IMG/VR virus record: IMGVR_UViG_3300033067_002132
Span: 129,746 to 193,745 of that record
Strand: one strand, 5' to 3'
DNA from: a virus
Taxonomy: Duplodnaviria; Caudoviricetes
Length of the DNA: 64,000 nucleotides
Position numbers and translations under genes: made by a program. Positions 48,914 to 57,958 of the stretch are shown in pieces. Below the pieces are notes generated by a model that worked only from the letters and a program-made list of their open reading frames with translations, was not told where the DNA came from and did no database searches. Each line of letters starts with the position of its first letter. The first letter of the stretch is position 1.

Positions 48914-51900
48914 TTAAAATAACTCACATTTACCACCAGCACAAGCGGCGGTTTCTTGTAATTTAGTAGTATCTTCTTCTTCTGTTAATTCTTTATAATT
49001 AACAGGTTTATAATTATTTATAATATTATTCCATTTTTCTTCATCTTCTTTAGTCGTTATTGATTCTAATGGAGCCTGTACATATAGTTTATCACCGGTT
49101 TTTGGTAATAATGAAACGGCGCAAAAATATTCTCTATTTTGATATAAATAATTAATTACTTCATCCCATTCTTCTTCTCCAACGAGAACTGTACAAGAAA
49201 CATTATGTTTAATTCCTTTTTTATTAACATCTGTTGTGCCATTTTCTACCCAATTTTCTTGAGTTAACTTAATTACTTCTAAATGTTGAAGGGCGGATAA
49301 ATGTTCTTTAATAATAGCATTCTCATTAATTTTTAATGGAAAACAAATAATATCATCTGTTTTATTAGCAGACCAAACAGATTCCTCACACATATGAGGA
49401 TTATGTTTTTTAAAGAATTTATAAACAGGATCAATTTTATTACATTGAACACGTCTAAAATAACGCCTTGCGTGATGCGGATGTATTCCTGATGCACTTT
49501 CTAAAACTAAACTTGATGTACCTTCCGGTTTAATACAAGTAATTCTTGCGGCAGGATTAATACTTATTTTGGCTGACCATTCTTTATTTATTTCTATTGC
49601 ATATTTAGCAGCACGTCTTTGATTCGCGGGATTTAATAAAATATCTGGATTATCCATCATTCCTGTAATAGATACTCCTAATAAAGCTTCTTCATCTGTT
49701 AATTCTTTTGATGTATTAGTTAAATAATTTAACTTATCTGTATATGAAGCTTGTAATGTTCCTAAAATAGTCGCGGCTTTTACTGCATCCAAAAATTTTT
49801 CTAATGAAGTAACTTTCGCACCATTAACACTAGTAAGATTACAAAACTGAACACCTGTAAGTCCTTGATTATTAATAGGTTCGAATGAAATCTCAAAACA
49901 TCTACGAGCCGTAATACCATTAGCAATAAGAGTTCTTCTATTATTTTCTTCTAAACAATAAACATCTTCTTTTCCTATATAATTTATAGAAATAACCCGA
50001 CTCTCAAATTTTATATTAGTAATTTTTGTTGCTTCTATTAATATTTTATTTAATTTATTATATTTTTCTGTAGATAGATACAATAATTTTAAACAAACAT
50101 TTCCTTGTTTAATTCCAGGAATTACTAATCTAAAAGATTCTTTAAAATGATATTCTTTTTCTTCTCTATTAGAATCCAAAAACATCCTATTTCCCTCAGG
50201 AAGAAGATTATATACCTTAGAAAAAATTCCAAGTTCTTGAAGTATCAACATAATATCTATTAATACTTGTTTATTTGATTGTGTTATTCTTACACTAACA
50301 GATCTAGAATTTTCATTATAATCTATATGTCCATCGGTAAAGATCATTCCTGAAACAAATCCTGCTTTGAAATTTTTAGATTTATTATGAATAAGTGATA
50401 TATCATCTTTATTTATTATATCAAAACTAGCTAACGCTTGTTTTAATCCTTTACAAATTAAAGAATACTTAATTTTTCTTCCTACTTGTGATTGTAATTT
50501 AAATTTCGGTATTAGTGTTAATGGTTTACTTCCATCGGATTTCAAAATTCCATTAGAATTTGCTATTCTTAATATATTAGAAACATGTGTTTCTATGGTT
50601 TTCATTAATATTTCTGATTCTTCTGAATCTTCATCTATCCAAATTGAAATCGCAGCATTTTTAGAATCTATATATCCATCTCCTAAAACTAATCCAGATA
50701 TAAATCCATTTATAAAATCTTGATTTTTCTCAAACGAAGAATCATCAATAATAGGTGTTCCAATTAAAACTTTATCTGTTCCTACTACAAGATCTTTAAT
50801 TTGAACCATTCCTCTAGTGGTCGCTAGATGATGATCTCCTGTTGCTTTCACATTTCGTCCACAAGATAATAAAACTTCAAAAACTTCTTTGTTATCTCCA
50901 GTTTTTGCTATTTTAGTCGCTATATTTTTAGATGTCCCAAAAGCATTCAAATCTAAATCCCAATATTCATTATTATTTAATAAATGACCTGTGACCCTAT
51001 TATCTTGATGAATATAAATATCTTCTTTACTATTTAATAATTCAGAAAATGTTTTCCATCCAGAAGATGTTAAAATTTTAGTATCTATAGTAAAACAAGG
51101 ATTAAACAAAGCCATTTCATTATCGGCAAAAACGAATCCTGGTTCGCCAAATTGCTTAGTTTTATTAATAATTAATTCAAATTGTTCTTTTGTACATTTA
51201 TTTCTTATTAATAGAACACTATTATTACTTCTAGCTCTTTGTGGTGCGATATGAAACCAGCTAATCTTTTTATCATTAATTACTTGATTATATTCATATT
51301 CAGAAATAGAAACTTCGTATTGCTTTTTATCTACTGTTATTTTTCCACTATATAATTTCGTTTCTTCGTCTAATGAAAATTTATTATGTTTACTTACTAT
51401 AAAGTAAGTTTTTGATTCCATCATATCGATATCATCAAAATTAAAGACAACAGAACAAGCTGATCTACGGATTCCACCTGATAAAACGGCATCTGCAATA
51501 TGCATTAAAATATCATATGCATTAATTGTTTTAATTCTTGTTTGATGTAAATCTTCTATAATATGATCAAGTAATTCTTTAACCTTTTTATGGCAATTTT
51601 TTAATCCTTTATATCCTGGTGCTTTTCCGCCTCCAGTTTTTAATGGGGCACCTTCGGGACGAATTTTACTATAATCAAAGACAATTTTTCTTCCTGTATA
51701 AGCAGTATTTTTAAAATAACAATTTAATAAAGCCTCAATAGAATCTGACCACCCTTCTATAGAATCTTCTACAACATAAGTAACTACAATACCAGTTTTA
51801 TTAGAAGCGTTAACTAAATCAGGAAGTCTATTTAAAAAATAATTAGTTAAACCAAATCCTACACCGCAACCACAAAGTAAAAGATAGAAACTTTCTGCAA

Positions 51901-52213
51901 AAGATCTAATAGAATCAATATGTCTGACGCTACAATTGAAAATTCTTGAATTATGAGCCTCAATTGCTTTACCACCAAATTGCATTGATCTCATTGAAGG
52001 TACTACATTCTTTTGTTTTACCTGATCAAAAGCCCATTTTATTTCACTTAAATCTTCTTTAGATAATTTCTTTTTAAATTTAGATAAATGCATAGACATT
52101 ACACGGTCTATACATTCTTCCCACGTTTCTCGTCTTCCTAAAAATTCATTAAACCTCGCATATTTATTAGTAAATATAAAATTAGATATTTCACTTAAAA
52201 AATTAACATTCAT
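48914..52213 (-). CDS. nrdJ: Class II (B12-type) ribonucleotide reductase containing an intein
   Basis: RRETWEE, PSMRSMQFGG, FNCS, GCGVGF, RRSA, GEPG, NP/CFEI, QFCNL, TCIKPEGT, C-terminal CAGGKC. Confidence 0.88.
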   Translation of the reverse strand: MNVNFLSEISNFIFTNKYARFNEFLGRRETWEECIDRVMSMHLSKFKKKLSKEDLSEIKWAFDQVKQKNVVPSMRSMQFGGKAIEAHNSRIFNCSVRHIDSIRSFAESFYLLLCGCGVGFGLTNYFLNRLPDLVNASNKTGIVVTYVVEDSIEGWSDSIEALLNCYFKNTAYTGRKIVFDYSKIRPEGAPLKTGGGKAPGYKGLKNCHKKVKELLDHIIEDLHQTRIKTINAYDILMHIADAVLSGGIRRSACSVVFNFDDIDMMESKTYFIVSKHNKFSLDEETKLYSGKITVDKKQYEVSISEYEYNQVINDKKISWFHIAPQRARSNNSVLLIRNKCTKEQFELIINKTKQFGEPGFVFADNEMALFNPCFTIDTKILTSSGWKTFSELLNSKEDIYIHQDNRVTGHLLNNNEYWDLDLNAFGTSKNIATKIAKTGDNKEVFEVLLSCGRNVKATGDHHLATTRGMVQIKDLVVGTDKVLIGTPIIDDSSFEKNQDFINGFISGLVLGDGYIDSKNAAISIWIDEDSEESEILMKTIETHVSNILRIANSNGILKSDGSKPLTLIPKFKLQSQVGRKIKYSLICKGLKQALASFDIINKDDISLIHNKSKNFKAGFVSGMIFTDGHIDYNENSRSVSVRITQSNKQVLIDIMLILQELGIFSKVYNLLPEGNRMFLDSNREEKEYHFKESFRLVIPGIKQGNVCLKLLYLSTEKYNKLNKILIEATKITNIKFESRVISINYIGKEDVYCLEENNRRTLIANGITARRCFEISFEPINNQGLTGVQFCNLTSVNGAKVTSLEKFLDAVKAATILGTLQASYTDKLNYLTNTSKELTDEEALLGVSITGMMDNPDILLNPANQRRAAKYAIEINKEWSAKISINPAARITCIKPEGTSSLVLESASGIHPHHARRYFRRVQCNKIDPVYKFFKKHNPHMCEESVWSANKTDDIICFPLKINENAIIKEHLSALQHLEVIKLTQENWVENGTTDVNKKGIKHNVSCTVLVGEEEWDEVINYLYQNREYFCAVSLLPKTGDKLYVQAPLESITTKEDEEKWNNIINNYKPVNYKELTEEEDTTKLQETAACAGGKCELF
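49901..51097 (-). mobile_element. 399-aa intein with LAGLIDADG homing endonuclease at the NPC active site; non-canonical C-terminus ...GITARR/C
   Basis: Block A CFTIDTKILT, block B ATGDH, GLVLGDG and GMIFTDG, block F DVYCL; removal restores LFNPCFEIS. Confidence 0.88.
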
Positions 52214-52258
52214 AGATGTATATAAATTACAACCGAATAAAAAGAAAAAGAAGAATAA

Positions 52259-52624
52259 TTATGAATAATCAAAACCTAAAGCATTTAAATCTTTTTTAAG
52301 ATCTTTTTGTGCTTTTTCAGGATGAATTTTATTTTTCCTAGATTTAGACCAGACATCATATTTTTTATCTGGTTCTCCTCTTTTTTCTGCGCATTCTGCG
52401 CTAGTATTCCATAGGTCTCCTATAGTACCCTTTTTACGTCCTGTTTTCTCAACAAAGTCTCTTGCGGATCTAGGATCTATATTTGTATCTATTGATGCTT
52501 GAGGAATAGTAAAAAGACGTTCAAATTTTATACCATTTTCTATATATTCATGAACGTCATTCATTTTTTGAATAACAGAAATAATTTCTTCGGTCTCTGG
52601 ATTTTTAAAAAAATATTCAGGCAT
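52259..52624 (-). CDS. Hypothetical protein (FmdB-like N-terminus without Cys)
   Basis: MPEYFFKNPETEE... Confidence 0.55.
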   Translation of the reverse strand: MPEYFFKNPETEEIISVIQKMNDVHEYIENGIKFERLFTIPQASIDTNIDPRSARDFVEKTGRKKGTIGDLWNTSAECAEKRGEPDKKYDVWSKSRKNKIHPEKAQKDLKKDLNALGFDYS

Positions 52625-52625
52625 T

Positions 52626-53705
52626 TTATTCTAACGTTTCTAAAATTTTAGTAACTGTATTTTGTACAGTAAAATTTTCTTGTAATTTTAATCCTTCGAC
52701 ATTAATCTTATTTTGTTTGAATCTATTTACCGCCAAATCAATTGCTTTATAAAAATCATCATCAGAAAAAGAAAATATATTTCCTTGATTAAATGGTTGA
52801 CCTTTATGAAAAAACATGCCATCGTAAACTTCTTGTTTACTATTAGGATTAATTAATATACTATTTTTATCGTTTGCCCATTCTTTATAACCCGCACAAT
52901 TTAAAACAATCGCATGTTTTCCTAATGCTACAGAATGAAATTCTGGTAATCCCCAACCTTCTGTACCTAAAGCAAACACAATATCACCAGAATTAAGAAA
53001 ATCATTATACATTTCATTCTTAGGCATTAATCCTAAGAAATCGACATTAAAATATTTAATTCCACCGCAAATATGATGCCAGATTTTTTGATTATCTTCT
53101 GGGCTTATAAAAGGATTATAAATAGCACAATTAAGAAAATATTTAGGATTATTACCATATTTTTTAATCCATAATTTAATTAGTTTTTCATGATTTTTTC
53201 TTTTTTCAAATTTACCGACAACATTAAAAGTAATTCTTCCGTCATTAAAGAAATTTTTATTTTTTACATAGAAATTATACTTATCGAAATAAAGAGGTAC
53301 AACCTTTACATTATCACAACCGCATAGTGAAAAAATATTTTGTGCATATTTATTTGTAACTAATACAGAATTTTGATTTTTAATTATATTAATCTCTTCT
53401 TCTGTAGGAGAATCAAGTTCGTAAAAAGTAAGAAGATTCTGTTTTTTACTAAAAGATTCTAAACCTCCATTTAAATGCCAAAGTTTTAAAATTTGAGTAT
53501 CTCTTTTATGTGTTTTTATGGCTTTATTTATATTTGATTGCAACCAAGAACCAAAATTCTGATCTATATTTTGAGAAGATACGTCAGGATTTCCTATTGT
53601 AAAAATAGAAGGTTGATGATTAATTTCATGTAAGTATCTTAATATACCAAAAGAAACTTGGCCAAAAGAAACACTATTTAAAGGGAGGTTTAGAGCGTAT
53701 TCCAT
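52626..53705 (-). CDS. GT4 glycosyltransferase
   Basis: NSVSFGQV, VGKFEKRK, EGWGLPEF. Confidence 0.8.
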   Translation of the reverse strand: MEYALNLPLNSVSFGQVSFGILRYLHEINHQPSIFTIGNPDVSSQNIDQNFGSWLQSNINKAIKTHKRDTQILKLWHLNGGLESFSKKQNLLTFYELDSPTEEEINIIKNQNSVLVTNKYAQNIFSLCGCDNVKVVPLYFDKYNFYVKNKNFFNDGRITFNVVGKFEKRKNHEKLIKLWIKKYGNNPKYFLNCAIYNPFISPEDNQKIWHHICGGIKYFNVDFLGLMPKNEMYNDFLNSGDIVFALGTEGWGLPEFHSVALGKHAIVLNCAGYKEWANDKNSILINPNSKQEVYDGMFFHKGQPFNQGNIFSFSDDDFYKAIDLAVNRFKQNKINVEGLKLQENFTVQNTVTKILETLE

Positions 53706-53717
53706 GTTAATTAAATA

Positions 53718-54059
53718 TTATAGGAATTGTTCGGTACTTTGTACTACCGGCGCGGCTGGTCTTTGTTGTTGACGAGGAGGATATGAGGTTCTTCGTTGGG
53801 CGCTTTGTACCGGAGCAGCCTGAACTTCTTGATTTCCACCACTATTTTGTGGAACTGAATCATCTAAATAAATAACAAAATCTGGAGAATTTTCATTACG
53901 TTTTTCTTTAGTAGGAAAAACCATAACATTAATTTCCCCGGTTTCTAATTTAAGTTTACCTCTTAAATATTTAGCGCCGGTTTTTTTTGCTACTTTTGTC
54001 CAAAGAGCACCTAGTTCTCTTTTTTTCCAATCTGATTGTGGTTGTTGATTATTAGCCAT
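53718..54059 (-). CDS. DUF736-like small OB-fold protein with Q/P-rich tail (SSB candidate)
   Basis: LGALW...YLRG...F....K....SPDF; low-complexity tail. Confidence 0.5.
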   Translation of the reverse strand: MANNQQPQSDWKKRELGALWTKVAKKTGAKYLRGKLKLETGEINVMVFPTKEKRNENSPDFVIYLDDSVPQNSGGNQEVQAAPVQSAQRRTSYPPRQQQRPAAPVVQSTEQFL

Positions 54060-54074
54060 ATAAAAATGATATTA

Positions 54075-54683
54075 TTAAATTTCGATTTCGTCTAAAATTT
54101 CTTTCTTATTTTTTTCTTTATTTAGAATTTTCTTTCCTCTTTCAAATAAATTAATTGCTGTTTGTGTACTAACGCCGATTTGTTCACTAATTGCTTTCCA
54201 GCTCCGATCTTGTTTAATTTTATCACAAAATCTAAGTTTAAAAATTTCTAAAATTCTTCGATCTTCGTTTTGTTCTAATATTTTATAAATCTTATCATTA
54301 ATTAAATGATTATTATTAGGTTTTGGATCTTCCGATGGTAAATCATGAAATTTTTCATCGTCTATATTAATCGAAAGAATATCTGGTTTTTTATTAATTA
54401 ATTTTAAACATTTATATTTAACAGAATTACCTACCCATGTAGAAAATTTAATATTTTTAGTTTTATCAAAACTATTAATTATTTCATAAAAATTATATAT
54501 TTTATCATCTACTATTGAAGTTCCATCTATGTTCTTTTTCAATAGAATATTAACATAAAAATTATATACATTATGATATAATTTTTCATGTCTAGTTACA
54601 AGTTCTTTTAATGCTTCACTATCCTGTTTTTCTTTTACTAATTCTATTAATTCTATATCGGATAATTTATTGTATTCTGTCAT
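54075..54683 (-). CDS. Phage sigma-70-family factor
   Basis: ALKELVTRH, FDKTKNIKFSTW (region 2), HTH SWKAISEQIGVSTQTAINL (region 4). Confidence 0.8.
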   Translation of the reverse strand: MTEYNKLSDIELIELVKEKQDSEALKELVTRHEKLYHNVYNFYVNILLKKNIDGTSIVDDKIYNFYEIINSFDKTKNIKFSTWVGNSVKYKCLKLINKKPDILSINIDDEKFHDLPSEDPKPNNNHLINDKIYKILEQNEDRRILEIFKLRFCDKIKQDRSWKAISEQIGVSTQTAINLFERGKKILNKEKNKKEILDEIEI

Positions 54684-54684
54684 C

Positions 54685-55281
54685 TTATTCCTTAATCCAT
54701 TTATTTATTTGATCAATTAACGGGTCTATATAAGGTTTTATTAATTTATCATTAATAATACCATTTGAATCTAAAATGGTCGGCCAAACAAGTTTATAAT
54801 CTGCGTTTTGATTTAAAGACGGATCGTTTTTTTCTTCATCTTTGTTAGCGGGTGAAACAAAACTTCCATCTTGATTGACTCTTGCTACATGAATTAGTTT
54901 TCCTTTATTTTTATTTTTTAACCAAAATAATTCATCTTCCTTATATTCGTTGTATCTTATATCAGTTACAACAGGAATTTCATTTGGTGAAATTATTTTT
55001 AATTGATTAGAAACGATTGATGTCCAGTATGTTCCATCGGATTGAATCCGCTTTACTTTACCATAAGCAACAAGAAAATCTCTAATCATTGATTTTTCTA
55101 CCTTATTTTTTGTAAAGGCAGAAATACTAAAATTCTTTATAAAAAAATCATCTAATTCTGATTTAAGAGAATCAGCCAATGCAAATCTCTTTAGAGAAAA
55201 TGACTTTATATTTTTTTGTAATAAATCAAAAAGAGTATCTTTACCAGAAGTTGCTACTCCAGAAATTCCTAATATTAGCAT
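54685..55281 (-). CDS. Deoxynucleoside monophosphate kinase
   Basis: GISGVATSGKDT, FALADSLK, VTDIRY. Confidence 0.8.
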   Translation of the reverse strand: MLILGISGVATSGKDTLFDLLQKNIKSFSLKRFALADSLKSELDDFFIKNFSISAFTKNKVEKSMIRDFLVAYGKVKRIQSDGTYWTSIVSNQLKIISPNEIPVVTDIRYNEYKEDELFWLKNKNKGKLIHVARVNQDGSFVSPANKDEEKNDPSLNQNADYKLVWPTILDSNGIINDKLIKPYIDPLIDQINKWIKE

Positions 55282-55286
55282 AATTG

Positions 55287-55315
55287 ATTGTAGAATAGTT
55301 TGTTATTGTTGTCAA
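55287..55315 (-). promoter_or_regulatory. Sigma70-type promoter TTGACA-17-TACAAT (near-leaderless)
   Basis: ttgaca acaataacaaactattc tacaat caatt ATG. Confidence 0.75.
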
Positions 55316-55759
55316 TTAGTTTTCTTCTTCTGTAGGAATACTACTAGTATTTTGACTTATAATATTAATTATATTAATTACATTTTGTATATCTTCGTTC
55401 TTAATATTTAATACATTACATTCTAACTCTTTATTACCTGTTGTTTGTGAAAAAGCATTTAAACATTGAGCAATTAACATTGCGGTTTCTGGTTTAATAG
55501 TTAATGACTGTTCTTTTTGATTAAGGGGCGATTTTAAAACCCAGAAAAAATCATCTTTTTCTTCATTTTCTTTAAAATATTTAATTTTTTCTATGATTTC
55601 TAATCTTTGTAATTCTTCTAGAGATTTAAGAATTAATGCTTTATCTATATCTAATTGATCGGAATTTTGAAAAATATCTTGAAAGTTTTTTTCTAGATCA
55701 AAAATATCATTTTCTAAAAAATATGTATACAATTTATTTATTACATGTAAAATAGTCAT
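55316..55759 (-). CDS. Hypothetical protein
   Basis: Intact ORF, first gene of the long minus-strand run. Confidence 0.6.
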   Translation of the reverse strand: MTILHVINKLYTYFLENDIFDLEKNFQDIFQNSDQLDIDKALILKSLEELQRLEIIEKIKYFKENEEKDDFFWVLKSPLNQKEQSLTIKPETAMLIAQCLNAFSQTTGNKELECNVLNIKNEDIQNVINIINIISQNTSSIPTEEEN

Positions 55760-55799
55760 ACAGTATAATACTCTAGGTATTAGATTTTTTAAATAAAAG

Positions 55800-55828
55800 T
55801 TGAAATTTCTGCTTTCGATGAATACTAT
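55800..55828 (+). promoter_or_regulatory. Sigma70-type promoter TTGAAA-17-TACTAT
   Basis: ttgaaa tttctgctttcgatgaa tactat, 7 nt before ATG 55836. Confidence 0.55.
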
Positions 55829-55835
55829 AGATGTA

Positions 55836-55925
55836 ATGTTAATGATTTTTTTATGCTCATTATCTATGATTTTATTTAGATTATTTGTAAAAAAAGATAA
55901 TAAAACATATTGGGAATTATGGTAA
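55836..55925 (+). CDS. Putative 29-aa membrane peptide MLMIFLCSLSMILFRLFVKKDNKTYWELW
   Basis: Fills the gap between promoter and dut; hydrophobic N-terminus then basic residues; overlaps the dut start. Confidence 0.4.
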   Translation: MLMIFLCSLSMILFRLFVKKDNKTYWELW

Positions 55926-56437
55926 TAGATATATTCTATAAAAAATTAACCGAAAATGCAATCGTGCCTAACAAAGCGCATGATACAGATGTCGGTTATG
56001 ATCTATTTGCTATAGAAGATGTTAAAATAAAACCGTTCGAAATTAAAAAAGTTAGAACAGGAATATCTTTAGAAATTCCAAATACTCATTGGGTTGATAT
56101 AAACCCTAGAAGCGGTTTAGCGGTAAATAGTGGAATTCATGTTTTAGCAGGAATTATAGATCCTTCTTATAGAAATGAATTAATTGTAGTTTTAGTTAAT
56201 TTAAAAGGTGCGGAATTTTTATCTGATGAATTAGATAAATTATATACAAGATTAACACCTAATAGACAATTTAATTCTTTTTATAAAGATAGTCAAGATT
56301 TTGTTATTAAATCTGGAATGAAAATAGCCCAGATGATAATAAAAGAAAAAATAGATGCAAGATTTTTGGAAAAAGAAACCCTTTCAGAATCCGATAGAGG
56401 TATGAAAGGTTTTGGTAGTTCAGATAAAAAAGAGTAG
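55919..56437 (+). CDS. dut: Trimeric dUTPase
   Basis: GYDL, PRSGLA, GIIDPSYR, KIAQM, RGMKGFGSS. Confidence 0.93.
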   Translation: MVIDIFYKKLTENAIVPNKAHDTDVGYDLFAIEDVKIKPFEIKKVRTGISLEIPNTHWVDINPRSGLAVNSGIHVLAGIIDPSYRNELIVVLVNLKGAEFLSDELDKLYTRLTPNRQFNSFYKDSQDFVIKSGMKIAQMIIKEKIDARFLEKETLSESDRGMKGFGSSDKKE

Positions 56438-56467
56438 TATAAACTAGTTAGTAAGCGCGCAAAATTT

Positions 56468-56713
56468 CAACATTGTAATACCCTGTTAACTCATGGGTAT
56501 AGATGTTGTTTATTTATTTATATACTTTTCTGAATGTTACCTAGGGTATACCCTACCTAGGGTTAACCCTACCAAGGTATACCCAAAGTATAAGTATACC
56601 TTGAGGTTAAATACCTCGTTACCTTAAATATATATTTTAAATACATAAAAAAGGGAACCCCCGGGAGGGTTAACCCTGGGAGGGTATACCTACAGAGGGT
56701 ATACCCTGGGTAC
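56468..56713. repeat. Array of GGGT(AT/TA)ACCC palindromes flanking an AT-rich core; candidate replication origin
   Basis: Palindromes at about 56544, 56560, 56575, 56592 and 56667, 56682, 56697 (15-17 bp period); AT-rich 56624-56652; hairpin 56468-56508. Confidence 0.6.
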
Positions 56714-56838
56714 AGAAAAACTAAAAAAACCTTTAGATATAAATTTTATTGTTGATATAATATCTTCGAAGACGAGAAAGAATTTTTCTTGTTTATTTTC
56801 TTCGTTCAAAGAACAGACAGTTGCGCTTTTTTTATTTT

Positions 56839-57954
56839 ATGAATAATGTCGATAAAGAATATTTTCGTTTAATTAATACGGTTTTAGAAAAAGGTAAAAT
56901 TAAACATAATCGTACCGGAATTAATACTATTGGTGTTTTTGGAGAACAGGCTAAATTTGATATTTCTTTAGATGCTTTTCCTATTTTAACAACTAAAAAG
57001 GTTTGGTTTAAAGGTATTTTGCATGAATTGCTTTGGTTTATTAAAGGAGATACTAATATTAAATATTTGGTGGACAATGATGTTCATATCTGGGACGAAT
57101 GGGCATATAAGAAATATAAAGATACATTTGGAATTCATCATACCAAATTATTAAAAGGTGGAGCAACTGGACCTTGTGAGCCAGCAACTCAATCTGAGTT
57201 TATTCAAAAAATAAAGGATGATGTTGAATTCGCTAAGGAATGGGGCGAACTTGGCGAAGGCACTTACGGCGGAATGTGGCGGGAATTTCCTACTCATTTA
57301 GATCATCATGCAAAAAATGATATAGATCCTTCTCTTGGAGAAGACGAACCATATAGAGTAGATCAGCTTCAAAAAGTAATAAATAAACTTAAATCTAATC
57401 CAGATGATCGCCGGATGATTGTTTCTGCTTGGCATCCTTATTGGGTTGACCATTGTACCCTTCCCCCATGTCACTGTTTATTTCATTTTAATACAGAAGA
57501 ATTAACACTAGAAGAACGATTTTTAATTTTTTCAAAAGGATGGGATTTGGAAAAAGCGAAATTAGAATGGGAAAAAGAAGGATTCACAGATTATCATCAT
57601 TTATTGGATGAACATTGTATTCCAAAACGAAGATTGAATTGTTTATTATACCAAAGATCGCTCGATTTACCACTTGGTGGGCCGTTTAATATAACAAGTT
57701 ATTGTTTATTGACAGCAATGATAGCACACGTAACCAATATGATTCCCGGAGTATTTACGTGGAGCACCGGTGACACGCATATTTATGTTAATCAAGTAGA
57801 CGGTATTCGGGAACAACTAACTCGGGAACCAATGAAACTTCCTAAATTGTGGTTAAATCCAGAAGTTAAATCCTTATTTGACTTTAAATTTGAAGATATT
57901 AAATTGATTGATTATGTTTCACACCCCGCGATAAAAATGGATGTAGCTGTTTAA
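56839..57954 (+). CDS. thyA: Thymidylate synthase
   Basis: NRTG, FPILTTKK, ELLWF, RRMIVSAW, LPPCH, LYQRS.D, GDTHIY; start at ATG 56839. Confidence 0.95.
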   Translation: MNNVDKEYFRLINTVLEKGKIKHNRTGINTIGVFGEQAKFDISLDAFPILTTKKVWFKGILHELLWFIKGDTNIKYLVDNDVHIWDEWAYKKYKDTFGIHHTKLLKGGATGPCEPATQSEFIQKIKDDVEFAKEWGELGEGTYGGMWREFPTHLDHHAKNDIDPSLGEDEPYRVDQLQKVINKLKSNPDDRRMIVSAWHPYWVDHCTLPPCHCLFHFNTEELTLEERFLIFSKGWDLEKAKLEWEKEGFTDYHHLLDEHCIPKRRLNCLLYQRSLDLPLGGPFNITSYCLLTAMIAHVTNMIPGVFTWSTGDTHIYVNQVDGIREQLTREPMKLPKLWLNPEVKSLFDFKFEDIKLIDYVSHPAIKMDVAV

Positions 57955-57958
57955 GCAT

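Noticed and set aside
56540-56713. CRISPR array or tRNA
   Set aside because: Repeats are 10-14 bp with 2-6 bp gaps, so there are no spacers; no cas genes; no cloverleaf or T-loop motif
18734-56838. Longest-ORF starts for K (19540), 21077, 28882, dnaE (31988), 35477, dnaB (37849), 48522, dut (55910), thyA (56821)
   Set aside because: They overlap upstream genes or use TTG; downstream ATGs fit the stop-start coupling or family N-termini better
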